Program-made: the position numbers and the translations under genes
The notes under the pieces: generated by a model
What the model was told of the DNA's origin: nothing
The model's database searches: none
The model's input: only the letters and a program-made list of their open reading frames with translations
NCBI GenBank assembly: GCA_041946685.1
Contig: JBHGAV010000010.1
Coordinates: 23,370 to 87,369, forward strand
Origin: Bryobacteraceae bacterium
GTDB taxonomy: Bacteria; Acidobacteriota; Terriglobia; Bryobacterales; Bryobacteraceae
Reading direction: 5' to 3'
DNA: 64,000 bases
Part shown: piece by piece, positions 9,190 to 18,518 of the stretch
Layout of the letters: every line of letters starts with the position of its first letter
Numbering within the stretch: the stretch's first letter is position 1

Positions 9190-10120
9190 CGACTCCTTCA
9201 AGGCGCCGCCGGCTTTGAGCGTCGTCATCTCCTGCTACCATTCCCGCTCGACGCTGGATGATTGCCTATCCAGTCTCCGGCGGCAACAGACGCGCAGACG
9301 GTTCGAGGTCATTCTGGTGGACAGTTCCGCGGACGGGACGGCTGACCACGTACGGCGGAACTTTCCGGAAGTCCGCCTGCTGGCATCCGCGCGGCGCCTG
9401 TATTGCGGGGACGCCCGCAACCTCGCGCTGGGAGTAGCGCGGGCGCCCATCGTCGCGTTCCTCGACGCCGATTGCTATGTCGGGGCGGAGTGGGTCGAGG
9501 CTGTGCTGGAGGCGCACCGCTCGCCGCATTGGCTGGTCGGCGGCGCGATCGATAACGGTAGCCGGAACAGCGTGACCGCCTGGGCCTACTACTTCTGTGA
9601 ATTCAGCTTGTGGCTGCCCCGGACGAAGCCGGAAGAAATCGGCGAGATCGCGGGCTGTTGCCTTTCCCTCAAGCGCGAAGCGTTCGAACGGTATGGCCCG
9701 TTTCTCGCGGGAACTTACTGTTCGGACACGGCGTTTCAGTGGAGGGCAGCGCGGGACGGACAAAGGGTGCTCTCTAGCCCCGCCATCCGCGTGTATCATA
9801 CCTGTGAATCAAGCCTGGGCGAATTTCTGGCGCATGTGGTCGAGCACCGGCGCTTCTTCATATTGGTGGCCCGGCACCAGAGGAAGCTCGAAGGCTGGCG
9901 GCGGTGGGCGGCGATCGCCGCGTCGCCGCTGTACCCGTTCCTTCTATTGGCTTTGACCGGCTGGCGGGTGGCAAGGCGCCCGCGTTACCTGGGTTGGTTT
10001 CTGCTCTCCTCGCCCCTGGTGTTTCTCGGATGTTGCGCGCGTGCGTGGGGTGAATTGACCGGCCTGCTCGCCGGGCCGCGCGCCTCGGACTCGGACGCTT
10101 CGATCCCTGCCGTGCGCTAA
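9176..10120 (+). CDS. Family-2 glycosyltransferase with C-terminal membrane segments
   Basis: LSVVISCYHSRSTLDDCLSSL...EVILVDSSADGT...FLDADC is the GT2 fold with a DxD-like motif. Hydrophobic C-terminal helices follow. Overlaps the rSAM gene by 14 nt. Confidence 0.8.
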   Translation: MRAPDDSFKAPPALSVVISCYHSRSTLDDCLSSLRRQQTRRRFEVILVDSSADGTADHVRRNFPEVRLLASARRLYCGDARNLALGVARAPIVAFLDADCYVGAEWVEAVLEAHRSPHWLVGGAIDNGSRNSVTAWAYYFCEFSLWLPRTKPEEIGEIAGCCLSLKREAFERYGPFLAGTYCSDTAFQWRAARDGQRVLSSPAIRVYHTCESSLGEFLAHVVEHRRFFILVARHQRKLEGWRRWAAIAASPLYPFLLLALTGWRVARRPRYLGWFLLSSPLVFLGCCARAWGELTGLLAGPRASDSDASIPAVR

Positions 10121-10132
10121 GATCTGTTCCAG

Positions 10133-11104
10133 ATGCAGCCCGTTCTGGAACTGCGCGATCTGGCCAAACACTACACGGATCACACAGCCCTGGAGGGGAT
10201 CTCCCTGGAGATCCCGTGGGGCTCTTTCTATTCTCTGCTGGGGCCGTCCGGCTGCGGCAAGACCACCACGTTGCGCCTGGTCGCGGGCTTCGAGCAGCCG
10301 ACCCGCGGCGAGGTCCGCCTCAACGGACAGTCCATCAACCATCTCCGCCCCTATGAGCGAAACGTCAGCACGGTCTTCCAGAACTACGCCCTGTTTCCGC
10401 ACCTGACCGTGGAGGAGAACGTCCGGTTCGGCCTCAAGCGCCGGGGCGCCACAGATGCGGACCGCCGCGCCCGCGAGGCGATCGCGATGGTGCAGCTTGC
10501 CGGCAAGGAGAAGCGCTACCCTTCGGAGATTTCGGGCGGCGAGCGGCAGCGGGTGGCGCTGGCGCGGTCCCTGGTGCTGGAGCCGGAGGTGCTGCTGCTC
10601 GACGAGCCGCTGGCCGCGCTCGATCCCGCTCTCCGCAAGCAGATGCGCGGCGAACTGAAGGAGCTTCAACGCCGGATCGGCATCACCTTCCTGTTTGTCA
10701 CGCACGACCAGGAGGAGGCGCTTACTCTCTCGGACAAGATCGCGGTGATGCGGCAGGGTCGGATCGAGCAGACCGGCACGCCCGAGGAGATCTACCTCCA
10801 TCCGCGGACCCGTTTTGTAGCCGGCTTCCTGGGCGCCGTCAACTGGATCGACGGAGCCGGCATCCGGCCGGAGGCCACTCGGCTTACGCGCGCGGCTCCC
10901 CCGGCGGGAGCGCGGACCTGTCCGGCCGTCGTCGCCGGATCCGTGTTCCTGGGCAACTTGTTCCAGGTGGAGGTCCACCTCGCTTCCGGCGGAAGCGTTG
11001 TGGCCGAGGTTCCGCGGCCCGACGGCGGTTTCGACCAGGGCGAGCGCGTTCAGGTGTGGTGGCGCGAGTGCGACGAAATGCGATTCCCCCAAGAGCCCGC
11101 ATGA
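10133..11104 (+). CDS. potA: Spermidine/putrescine-type ABC transporter ATP-binding protein
   Basis: Walker A GPSGCGKTT, signature SGGERQRVALARS and Walker B LLLDEPL are present. The C-terminal TOBE-like tail and pot-type operon context support the call. Confidence 0.85.
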   Translation: MQPVLELRDLAKHYTDHTALEGISLEIPWGSFYSLLGPSGCGKTTTLRLVAGFEQPTRGEVRLNGQSINHLRPYERNVSTVFQNYALFPHLTVEENVRFGLKRRGATDADRRAREAIAMVQLAGKEKRYPSEISGGERQRVALARSLVLEPEVLLLDEPLAALDPALRKQMRGELKELQRRIGITFLFVTHDQEEALTLSDKIAVMRQGRIEQTGTPEEIYLHPRTRFVAGFLGAVNWIDGAGIRPEATRLTRAAPPAGARTCPAVVAGSVFLGNLFQVEVHLASGGSVVAEVPRPDGGFDQGERVQVWWRECDEMRFPQEPA

Positions 11105-11931
11105 AGCGCCTGCGCCTGCTTCTCCTAAGCCCGGCGGCCGTGGTGATCGGCGTGCTCTTCATCGCGCCGCTGGGCGTGGTGCTGCTCTACAGCTTCCTCA
11201 GCCGGGGGGTGTTCGGCGGCGTCGAGGGTCCGGCCACGCTCGACAACTACACGCGGCTCGCCGATCCGCTGTACCTCAAGATTCTGATTCGTTCCGTTCT
11301 GATGGCGGCCGCGGCCACCCTGGGGTGCCTGCTGCTGGGATTCCCGTTGGCGCTGTTCATTTCGCGCGCCGGTCGAAGGAAGGGCCTATATCTCGGCCTG
11401 GTGATGCTGCCCTTCTGGACCAGTTTTTTGGTGCGCACCTATGCCTGGATGTTCCTGCTGCGGGACACGGGCCTGATCAACGCCACGCTTCTGCACCTGG
11501 GCTTCATCCGGGAGCCGCTGCCGCTTCTCTATAGCGCCGGCGCGGTACTGGTGGGTCTGGTTTACGGCTACCTGCCCTTCGCCGTGCTGCCGCTCTACGC
11601 CACTCTGGAAAGAATCGACCCGAATCTGCTGGAAGCCGCGGCGGAGCTGGGAGCGAAGCCCTGGCAAACGCTGCGGCGCGTGATCCTCCCCTTGTCGGCT
11701 CCGGGACTCCGGGCGGGCGCGGTACTGGTCTTCATCCCCTGCCTGGGCGCCTACCTGACGCCGGACCTGCTCGGGGGCGCCAAGACCGTGATGGCGGGCA
11801 ACCTGATCCAGAACCAGTTCACCGGGGCGCGCGACTGGCCCTTCGGGTCGGCGGCGTCGCTAGTCCTGATGGCGGTGACGATGGGGATGCTGGCGCTGTG
11901 GGTGCGGCGCGAAAAGGAGAAGCTGCTGTGA
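11101..11931 (+). CDS. potB: ABC transporter permease (PotB-like)
   Basis: ATG 11101 overlaps the potA stop (ATGA). The product MKRLRLLLLSPAAVVIGVLFIAPL is a multi-TM BPD_transp_1-type permease. The ORF-track start at 11056 lies inside potA. Confidence 0.8.
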   Translation: MKRLRLLLLSPAAVVIGVLFIAPLGVVLLYSFLSRGVFGGVEGPATLDNYTRLADPLYLKILIRSVLMAAAATLGCLLLGFPLALFISRAGRRKGLYLGLVMLPFWTSFLVRTYAWMFLLRDTGLINATLLHLGFIREPLPLLYSAGAVLVGLVYGYLPFAVLPLYATLERIDPNLLEAAAELGAKPWQTLRRVILPLSAPGLRAGAVLVFIPCLGAYLTPDLLGGAKTVMAGNLIQNQFTGARDWPFGSAASLVLMAVTMGMLALWVRREKEKLL

Positions 11932-12686
11932 GGCGGCTGCTGGCGCTGTACGCGGCGGGTGCCCTGGCGTTCCTGCACGTCCCGCTGCTGGTGCTTATTC
12001 TATTCAGCTTCAATTCGTCGAGATTCACTGTCTGGGAGGGCTTCACCGTCCAGTGGTACCGGGCGGCCGTGCGCGATCCGCAACTGGTGGAAGGCGCGGT
12101 CAACAGCCTCCTCATCGCCCTGGCCGCGACGGCCATCTCGACCGTCATCGGAACGCTGTGCGCCTATGGGCTCTGGAAGCGCGGCTCGGGATTCATCTCC
12201 GGATCGCTCTACCTGTCGCTGGTGACGCCGGAAATCGTCATCGGGATCTCGTTGCTGGCCTTCTACCAGTGGATCTTTCGTTACCTGGGCGCGCAACTGG
12301 GCATGCACACCGTCATCGGCGCGCACGTGGCGTTTTCGATCGCCTACGTGGTGGTGGTGGTCGTGGCCCGGCTGCGGACGCTCGACCCGGCGCTGGAGGA
12401 AGCGGCCATGGACCTGGGAGCCACCGAATGGCAGGCGTTCCGCGAAGCGACCCTGCCGCAGCTCTGGCCGGCGGTCGCCGCGGCGGCCCTGCTGGCGTTC
12501 ACGGTCTCCTTCGACGATTACGTGATCACCAGCCTGGTGGCGGGCGTGGATTCGCAGACGCTGCCCATGGTCATTTACGCCATGGCCAGGCGCGGCGCCA
12601 GCCCGGTGATGAACGCGGTGTCGGCCCTGATCGTGGTGGGATTCGGAGCGCTGATCGTGGCGGCGGAGAGGTGGAGGCGCGCGTGA
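11928..12686 (+). CDS. potC: ABC transporter permease (PotC-like)
   Basis: The in-frame GTG at 11928 overlaps the potB stop (GTGA). The product is VRRLLALYAAGALAFLHVPLL..., and the EAA-like loop is EEAAMDLGATEWQAFREATLP. The alternative GTG at 11898 is the ORF-track start. Confidence 0.8.
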   Translation: MRRLLALYAAGALAFLHVPLLVLILFSFNSSRFTVWEGFTVQWYRAAVRDPQLVEGAVNSLLIALAATAISTVIGTLCAYGLWKRGSGFISGSLYLSLVTPEIVIGISLLAFYQWIFRYLGAQLGMHTVIGAHVAFSIAYVVVVVVARLRTLDPALEEAAMDLGATEWQAFREATLPQLWPAVAAAALLAFTVSFDDYVITSLVAGVDSQTLPMVIYAMARRGASPVMNAVSALIVVGFGALIVAAERWRRA

Positions 12687-13687
12687 ACCGCAGGCTGTTC
12701 CTGATGTCGGCGGCGGGCGCGGCCGGCTGCTCGCGGGGCGGGGCGCGCCTCAACGTCTTCAACTGGTCGAACTACGTGGCGCCGGACACGATCCCCAACT
12801 TCGAGCGGGAGACGGGCATCCGCGTCCGCTATGCCGTATACGAAAGCAACGAGGAGATGCTGGCGCGGGTCTTCTCGGGCAATTCCGGCTGGGACGTGGT
12901 CTTTCCGACGCACTACTTCATACGGCCCATGCGGGAGCAGGGCCTGCTGGCGCGATTGAGCCATGAGCGGCTGCCGAACCTGCGGTCGCTCGACGAGGGT
13001 TTCCGCTCGCCGGAATGGGACCCGGACCTGGAGTGGTGCGCGCCGTACATGTGGAGCGGGACCGGCATCGCCTATAGCCGTAAGGTGGACCCCGCGCCTT
13101 CGTCCTGGGCCGCGATGTGGGACACCAGGCTTTCCGGGCGGATCACGATGCTGGACGATCCGGCCGAAGTACTGGGCGCGGCGCTCAAGAAGCTGGGGTT
13201 GCCGGTGAACTCGACCAGCCCGGACCAGTTGTGGCGGGCGCAGCAGGAGGCGATCCGGCAGAAGCCTTTGCTGCGCGCCTACCTGAACGCCGAGGTGCGC
13301 GACCAGTTGGCGGCGGGCGACGTTCTGGCGGCGCAGATGTGGGGCACGACGGCGCAGCAGGCCATGGACGCGTCGACCGGCCTGGCGTTCATCTACCCGT
13401 CGGAGGGTTTTCCGCTGTACGCCGACTGCGCGGTGATCCTGCGGGAGAGCCGGCGGGTGGAACTGGCGCACCGGTTCATCGATTACCTGCTGCGGCCGGA
13501 GGTATCGGCATCGATCTCGAGGGCTTCGCGCACGGCGGCCTGCGCGCGCGTGCCGGAGGAGTTGCGGCGCAATCCGGTGCTCTATCCGCCGCCGGATGTG
13601 CTGGCGCGCGGCGAGTGGTGGCAGACCCCTCCCCCTTCCCTCCAGCGCCTCCGGGACCGGCTGTGGACCGAGATCAAGAGTACGTAG
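12683..13687 (+). CDS. potD: Spermidine/putrescine-binding periplasmic protein (PotD/PotF family)
   Basis: Only the C-terminal 334 aa of ORF 12053-13687 look real. GTG 12683 overlaps the potC stop and starts a lipoprotein-like signal (VNRRLFLMSAAGAAGCS). LNVFNWSNYVAPDTIPNFERETGIRV, typical of PotD, follows. Confidence 0.85.
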   Translation: MNRRLFLMSAAGAAGCSRGGARLNVFNWSNYVAPDTIPNFERETGIRVRYAVYESNEEMLARVFSGNSGWDVVFPTHYFIRPMREQGLLARLSHERLPNLRSLDEGFRSPEWDPDLEWCAPYMWSGTGIAYSRKVDPAPSSWAAMWDTRLSGRITMLDDPAEVLGAALKKLGLPVNSTSPDQLWRAQQEAIRQKPLLRAYLNAEVRDQLAAGDVLAAQMWGTTAQQAMDASTGLAFIYPSEGFPLYADCAVILRESRRVELAHRFIDYLLRPEVSASISRASRTAACARVPEELRRNPVLYPPPDVLARGEWWQTPPPSLQRLRDRLWTEIKST

Positions 13688-13729
13688 AACAGCTTCCCGG
13701 GACGCAAGTGGGGCGGCTTTTCAGGCCGC

Positions 13730-13751
13730 GGACCCGCTTCCAAGCGGGTCC
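13730..13751. terminator. Stem-loop between convergent potD and aldolase genes (GGACCCGC-TTCCAA-GCGGGTCC)
   Basis: Perfect 8-bp GC-rich stem with a 6-nt loop in the 115-bp convergent intergenic region. No clear U-tract on either side. Confidence 0.45.
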
Positions 13752-13802
13752 AGCCGGCCAGAGACCGGCTGCGGGTAAGAATACCCGCCCCACATGCAAG
13801 TC

Positions 13803-14648
13803 CTACCGCTCGCCCGGCGGGGGCGCGCTGACGTTGCCGCGGCCCGGAGGCGTCCAGCCGTCGTTGGATGGGCCGTTCTGGAAGAACTTGGATGTGCCGC
13901 TGAGCGGATGGCCCGTGGCGTATGTCGCGTTGGCCTGGCCGAAGATCTTGCCCGCTTTCAAGGTTTCGTCATGGACCTTCGTGACCATCTCCAGATACTT
14001 CGGGTCCTTCTGGTTGAGCCCGGAGAAGGAGCTCAGGTCGGCATTGCCGATGATCACCACATCGATCCCGGGAACTCGGGCGATTTCATGGGCGTTGGCC
14101 ACGCCGGTGGGCGTCTCGATCATGACCACCACCAGCATGTTGTCGTTGACCGTCTGCCGGTAATTGCCATACTTGCCCCAGAGACGACTGGCCTGGCCCC
14201 CGCCCGAACTGCGGCGGCCCGCTGGCGGAAAGAGCGCCCACTTGGCGGCTTCCCTGGCGCGCCCCTCGTCATCAACCGTGGGTATGATCACGCCGAGCGC
14301 GCCGATGTCGGTGGCATGCTGGATGTGAAACTCCTGGGCGTCGGGCAGCCGGATCATGGGGATCGCCGGAACGTCGGGGCACGCCGCGATCATCGCTTCG
14401 ATATCCGCGAACGAGAGCGTGCTGTGCTGCATTTCAAACCAGGTGTAGTCGTAGTGCTTCGCTGATTCGCAGTAGCCCTTGGGGTCCATCCGGGACTGCG
14501 TGAAGCTGAAGACCTGCTTGCCTTCCAGCAGCTTCTGCTTGGCGGTGTTGTACAGCTTGGGCTTGGCGGCCCCCTGTCCCTGCGCAGACAGGGTCGCGCC
14601 GGCGGCTAGGGCAAGCAAGGCCCCCCAACGAATCCAGTTAGAACGCAT
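13803..14648 (-). CDS. HpcH/HpaI-family aldolase with N-terminal signal peptide
   Basis: 281 aa. The signal peptide is MRSNWIRWGALLALAAGATLSAQG. HpcH/HpaI blocks are present: PMIRLP, DIGALGVIIPTV, VVVMIETPTGVANAHEIARVPGIDVVIIG. Confidence 0.7.
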   Translation of the reverse strand: MRSNWIRWGALLALAAGATLSAQGQGAAKPKLYNTAKQKLLEGKQVFSFTQSRMDPKGYCESAKHYDYTWFEMQHSTLSFADIEAMIAACPDVPAIPMIRLPDAQEFHIQHATDIGALGVIIPTVDDEGRAREAAKWALFPPAGRRSSGGGQASRLWGKYGNYRQTVNDNMLVVVMIETPTGVANAHEIARVPGIDVVIIGNADLSSFSGLNQKDPKYLEMVTKVHDETLKAGKIFGQANATYATGHPLSGTSKFFQNGPSNDGWTPPGRGNVSAPPPGER

Positions 14649-14715
14649 CTTACGTGTAGACCTCCTTCACGCCTTCCTCGCGGAAATGGCGACGAAAGGA
14701 AGTATACACCGGGCG

Positions 14716-16929
14716 CTACGCCCAGGTGAAGCCGTGTTTGGACAGCGGCAGGTCGCGGATGCGTTTGCCAGTGGCGGCGAAGATGGCGTTGGCGATAGCG
14801 GGAAGAATGGGAGGAAGCGCCGGTTCTCCCAGCCCCGTGGGCGGATTGTCGGAAAGCCGCCAGTGCACTTCGATGACGGGCGGCGCCTGGTCGATGCGCA
14901 CGAAATCGTGCTCGTGGAAGTTGGTCTGCACAACCCGGCCGCGGTCGAGCGTGATCTCCTGAGCCATCAACTCGCTCATGCCGTCGATGACGGAGCCTTG
15001 CACCTGCTGCTCAGCGCCGGATGGATTGATGACTTGGCAGCCGACATCACCGGCCACCCAAACCCGGTTCACGCGAACGCCGCTGTCTGCATTGACGGTG
15101 ACCTCGGCAACTTCAGCGAAGTAGCCGAGGTGGCTGAAATGAAAGCCGACTCCCATCGCCGTGCCCTGGGGCAGCCGGCGTTTGCCCCAGCCGGAGCGCT
15201 CGGCCACTAGTTCCAGGACGCCGCGCATCCGTTCGGCGTTGAAGACAGAACCCTGCTGATTGGGGAGAGGAAGGGGCGGCACGGCCAGGAGCGCCAGCCG
15301 GAACGCCAGCGGGTCCTTGCCCGCGGCGTGAGCCAGTTCGTCAAGGAACGAATGCATGACGAAAGCGTGCGCGTTGCTGCCCGGGGCGCGAAGCGCGCCC
15401 GTCTTCAGACGCAGCGGCATGACCGAGGTGTGCAAGGCGAAGTTGGGGATGAAGCGCGCCGGAAATTCGTTGGCGGAAAAGCCGGCGGACGGAGAGAACC
15501 GCGCGCCTTCGCCAAAGCTGACGAAATGATCGCGCCAGGCCACAAGATTCCCGGAAGCGTCCAGACCGCCGCGCAGAAGGTGGAATCCGGCAGGACGGAA
15601 GTAATCATGGGTCATGTCGTCTTCCCGGCTCCAAAGCAGCTTCACCGGCGCCCCCGCGGCGCGGGCGATCCAGGCGGCCTCCACCATGTAGTCGTTGGTA
15701 AGTCTGCGGCCGAACCCGCCGCCGCCCCGCAGCAGGTGGACGGTGATATCGCTTTCGGGGATCCCCAGGAACCTGGAGACCAGGGCGCGGCCCGTGGCCG
15801 GCTGCTGGCTGGTGGTCCAGATTTCCAATTTTCCGTCCCGATAGCGGGCCGTGGAGCCCTGAGGCTCCAGGGGAGCGTGCGCAATGAAGGGGTAGGAATA
15901 CGTCGCCTCGACGACGCGGGCTGCGCCCCCGAGGGCGGCCTCCACATCGCCGTCGCTGCGCAGAGTCTGGCCGGGAGGCTGCTTGAACAGTTCCCCGGCG
16001 CGGCGCGCGAAGCCCTCGCTGGATTGCTCGGCCGCCTGGCCCTCGTCCCAGGTGACTTCCAGCTTCTGCCGCGCGGACTCGGCCTGCCACCAGGTATCGG
16101 CCAGAATGGCGATGCCCGGCTCCAGGCCCGGGTCTCCCGCAACGACCGGATCGCGCACCGCGTTGCCTTCCACCACGAACGCCTGGCGGACACCCGGCAG
16201 GCCCCTGATGACGTCCAGATTGGCGCGGACCACCCTTCCTCCGAAAACCGGACACTTGTGGTAAACGGCGTGTAACATGCCGGGCAAGGTGAAATCGATT
16301 CCATAGACAGCCTTGCCGGTAACGATGTCCGAGACCTCGACGTGAGGGGTTCGGTGGCCGATGATCTTGTAGTCCTTCGGATCTTTGAGCGGCACCGTGG
16401 CCGGATCCGGCGGGGAAAGGGTGGCGGCGAGAGAAGCCAGCGAGCCGTAACCGGCCGAGCGTCCGGAGGGACGGTGGTAGACGCTGCCCGAAGAGGTGTA
16501 GCACTCCGACGGCGGCACACCCCAGGTCTGGGCGGCGGCGGCGATGAACATCTGCCTGCCGGCGGCGCCCACGCGCCGGAGGGGGTCCCAGTTGGTGGGG
16601 GTCGCGGTGCTCCCGCCAGCGGCCTGGCGGCCGTAGCGGGCGTCCAGGAAGGCCTGCTCGACTTTGACGCTCTTCCAATCGACGTCCAGTTCCTCTGCGA
16701 TGAGCATGGGCAGCATGGTCCTGACTCCCTGCCCTACTTCGGGGTTCTTGGCCATGATGGTCACGGCCCCGTCCGCGGAGATCCGCATGAAGGCGTTCGG
16801 CTCCAGGGCGGGCGTGGGAGCTGCGCCGGGGCCTTGCGCAACTGCCTCCGAAACCGGGTGGAGGCAGAGCAGCAGGCCGCCACCGCCCAGCGCCGTGGCT
16901 CGCAGGAACTCGCGTCTGCCGGTCTTCAT
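14716..16929 (-). CDS. Molybdopterin-binding subunit of xanthine-dehydrogenase-family aldehyde/isoquinoline oxidoreductase (IorB-like), Tat-exported
   Basis: ORF trimmed to ATG 16929, giving [21 protein letters not shown] (twin-arginine motif). The 737-aa product has IorB-like architecture. ATGA overlap with the upstream 2Fe-2S subunit gene. Confidence 0.8.
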   Translation of the reverse strand: MKTGRREFLRATALGGGGLLLCLHPVSEAVAQGPGAAPTPALEPNAFMRISADGAVTIMAKNPEVGQGVRTMLPMLIAEELDVDWKSVKVEQAFLDARYGRQAAGGSTATPTNWDPLRRVGAAGRQMFIAAAAQTWGVPPSECYTSSGSVYHRPSGRSAGYGSLASLAATLSPPDPATVPLKDPKDYKIIGHRTPHVEVSDIVTGKAVYGIDFTLPGMLHAVYHKCPVFGGRVVRANLDVIRGLPGVRQAFVVEGNAVRDPVVAGDPGLEPGIAILADTWWQAESARQKLEVTWDEGQAAEQSSEGFARRAGELFKQPPGQTLRSDGDVEAALGGAARVVEATYSYPFIAHAPLEPQGSTARYRDGKLEIWTTSQQPATGRALVSRFLGIPESDITVHLLRGGGGFGRRLTNDYMVEAAWIARAAGAPVKLLWSREDDMTHDYFRPAGFHLLRGGLDASGNLVAWRDHFVSFGEGARFSPSAGFSANEFPARFIPNFALHTSVMPLRLKTGALRAPGSNAHAFVMHSFLDELAHAAGKDPLAFRLALLAVPPLPLPNQQGSVFNAERMRGVLELVAERSGWGKRRLPQGTAMGVGFHFSHLGYFAEVAEVTVNADSGVRVNRVWVAGDVGCQVINPSGAEQQVQGSVIDGMSELMAQEITLDRGRVVQTNFHEHDFVRIDQAPPVIEVHWRLSDNPPTGLGEPALPPILPAIANAIFAATGKRIRDLPLSKHGFTWA

Positions 16930-17402
16930 GGCCGCCCTCCACGGGCCGCGGCCATCTCGGCGGCCCTGTGAATCGCCTGGCGTATGCGCAGGTAGGTGGC
17001 GCAACGGCAGAGGTTGCCGTGCATCGCGGCGTCGATGTCGCCGTCCGAGGGCCTGGGCTTCTCGGCCAGCAAGGCCGCGGCGTTCATGATCTGGCCGGCC
17101 TGGCAGTAACCACACTGCGGAACGTCGACTTCCTGCCAGGCAAGCTGGAGGGGGTGGGTCCCGTCCGGCGACAGGCCCTCAATCGTGGTGATGCGGGCGC
17201 CGGCGGCCTCCGCAACCGGCGTCGTGCAGCTACGCACAGCCTTGCCGTTGAGGTGGACGGTGCAGGCGCCGCAAAGCCCCATGCCGCAGCCGTACTTTGT
17301 TCCTTTCAGGTCAAGAACATCGCGGAGCACCCAGAGCAGGGGCGTATCGGCGGGAACATCCACCGTGCGCGCAAGGCCGTTCACGGCCAGTTTATAGGGC
17401 AT
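16926..17402 (-). CDS. [2Fe-2S]-binding small subunit (IorA/CoxS-like)
   Basis: ORF trimmed to ATG 17402 ([10 protein letters not shown]...). Two 2Fe-2S motifs are present: [11 protein letters not shown] and [10 protein letters not shown]...LCRCATY. Confidence 0.85.
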   Translation of the reverse strand: MPYKLAVNGLARTVDVPADTPLLWVLRDVLDLKGTKYGCGMGLCGACTVHLNGKAVRSCTTPVAEAAGARITTIEGLSPDGTHPLQLAWQEVDVPQCGYCQAGQIMNAAALLAEKPRPSDGDIDAAMHGNLCRCATYLRIRQAIHRAAEMAAARGGRP

Positions 17403-17475
17403 GGTTGGAGGATGCGGCGACGATGCGAAAAGATTCTCGGCAGACCGCGGCAATAAAGGTAAGATATAGGTTCGG

Positions 17476-18333
17476 ATGTCGCTGCTGTTGCAGACAGGAT
17501 CGATATTCCCGCCATTCGGGCCGGCCGCCGTGCTGGACATCTTACTGGTGGCTTTTCTGGTCTACCAGTTCCTCATGATGGTGAGAGGCCGGCGGGCCGC
17601 TCAGGTGCTGGTAGGAGTTCTGGTGTTGTTCGCCTTGTATGGGTTCGCCCGGCTTCTCCACCTGCTGCTGCTCGAGTCCATGCTGAAGTTGATCCTGCCT
17701 TACACTCCCCTGGCTCTGATCGTCATTTTCCAGTCGGAGATACGCCGGGCTCTCATCCGGATCGGGAGGCGGCGCTGGCTCGGTTTCGGAGGGCGATTGG
17801 AACGGTTGGAATCAGCCGATGAGATCCTGCTTGCGATCCGGACGTTGCGGCAGAACAAAACAGGCGCGCTTATCGTCCTGGAAAGGGACACCGGGCTCAG
17901 AACCTTCATTGAGAGCGGTGTGAAACTGGACGCCCGCCTGTCGCGGGACCTGCTCCTTTCGATCTTCAACCCGGGTGCGGCGCTGCACGACGGAGCCGTC
18001 ATCGTGCAAAAGGACCAGGTGGCCGCCGCAGCCTGCTTTCTCCCTCTGAGCATGAATCCAGCCCTGACTCGCACCCTCGGAACGCGTCACCGGGCGGCGA
18101 TCGGCATCACGGAGGAAACCGACTGTCTGGCGATCGTGGTGTCCGAGCAGACCGGAGGCGTCTCCGTGGCAGCGCACGGCGAGATCGAACTGAACGTGAC
18201 CCTGAAGCGCGTGGATGAGGTCATGGCGAAGCACTTCGGACGGCGGGGCTCGAGCACGCTCCTTCTCGAGGAAGCCGAAGAGGGCGCGCCGGCGGAGGCG
18301 GATGTCAGAAGAGGGAAGGCGGCCCGGCCATGA
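17476..18333 (+). CDS. cdaA: Diadenylate cyclase CdaA (membrane-anchored DAC domain)
   Basis: Three N-terminal TM helices are followed by the DAC motifs DGAVIV and GTRHRAA. The conserved cdaA-(cdaR)-glmM neighbourhood supports the call. Confidence 0.9.
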   Translation: MSLLLQTGSIFPPFGPAAVLDILLVAFLVYQFLMMVRGRRAAQVLVGVLVLFALYGFARLLHLLLLESMLKLILPYTPLALIVIFQSEIRRALIRIGRRRWLGFGGRLERLESADEILLAIRTLRQNKTGALIVLERDTGLRTFIESGVKLDARLSRDLLLSIFNPGAALHDGAVIVQKDQVAAAACFLPLSMNPALTRTLGTRHRAAIGITEETDCLAIVVSEQTGGVSVAAHGEIELNVTLKRVDEVMAKHFGRRGSSTLLLEEAEEGAPAEADVRRGKAARP

Positions 18334-18518
18334 GACGCCGTCTGCTGGAGAATCTAGGCTGGAAGCTGCTGTCGCTGGCCATCGCCGTGCTCCTGTGGAT
18401 CGTGGTGGTGGGCGAGCCGCGCGAACTGCTCAAAGCCGTGCCGGCGCCGGTGCGCGAATTGTTCGGCTCCAGCAGCACACTTCTGGAGTCCCCCACGCCG
18501 GCGGGAGAAAGGCGCTGA
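18330..18518 (+). CDS. Truncated CdaR/YbbR-like protein (TM anchor only, 62 aa)
   Basis: The ATG overlaps the cdaA stop (ATGA), and its own stop abuts the glmM ATG with no gap. The N-terminus [28 protein letters not shown] matches the N-terminal anchor of YbbR/CdaR proteins. No YbbR repeat follows. Confidence 0.5.
   Translation: MRRRLLENLGWKLLSLAIAVLLWIVVVGEPRELLKAVPAPVRELFGSSSTLLESPTPAGERR

Noticed and set aside
12053-12682. The N-terminal 210 codons of the 544-aa ORF containing potD.
   Set aside because: This part overlaps potC in another frame and is Arg/Gly-rich nonsense. A GTG at 12683 overlaps the potC stop and starts a proper lipoprotein signal, so only 12683-13687 is called.
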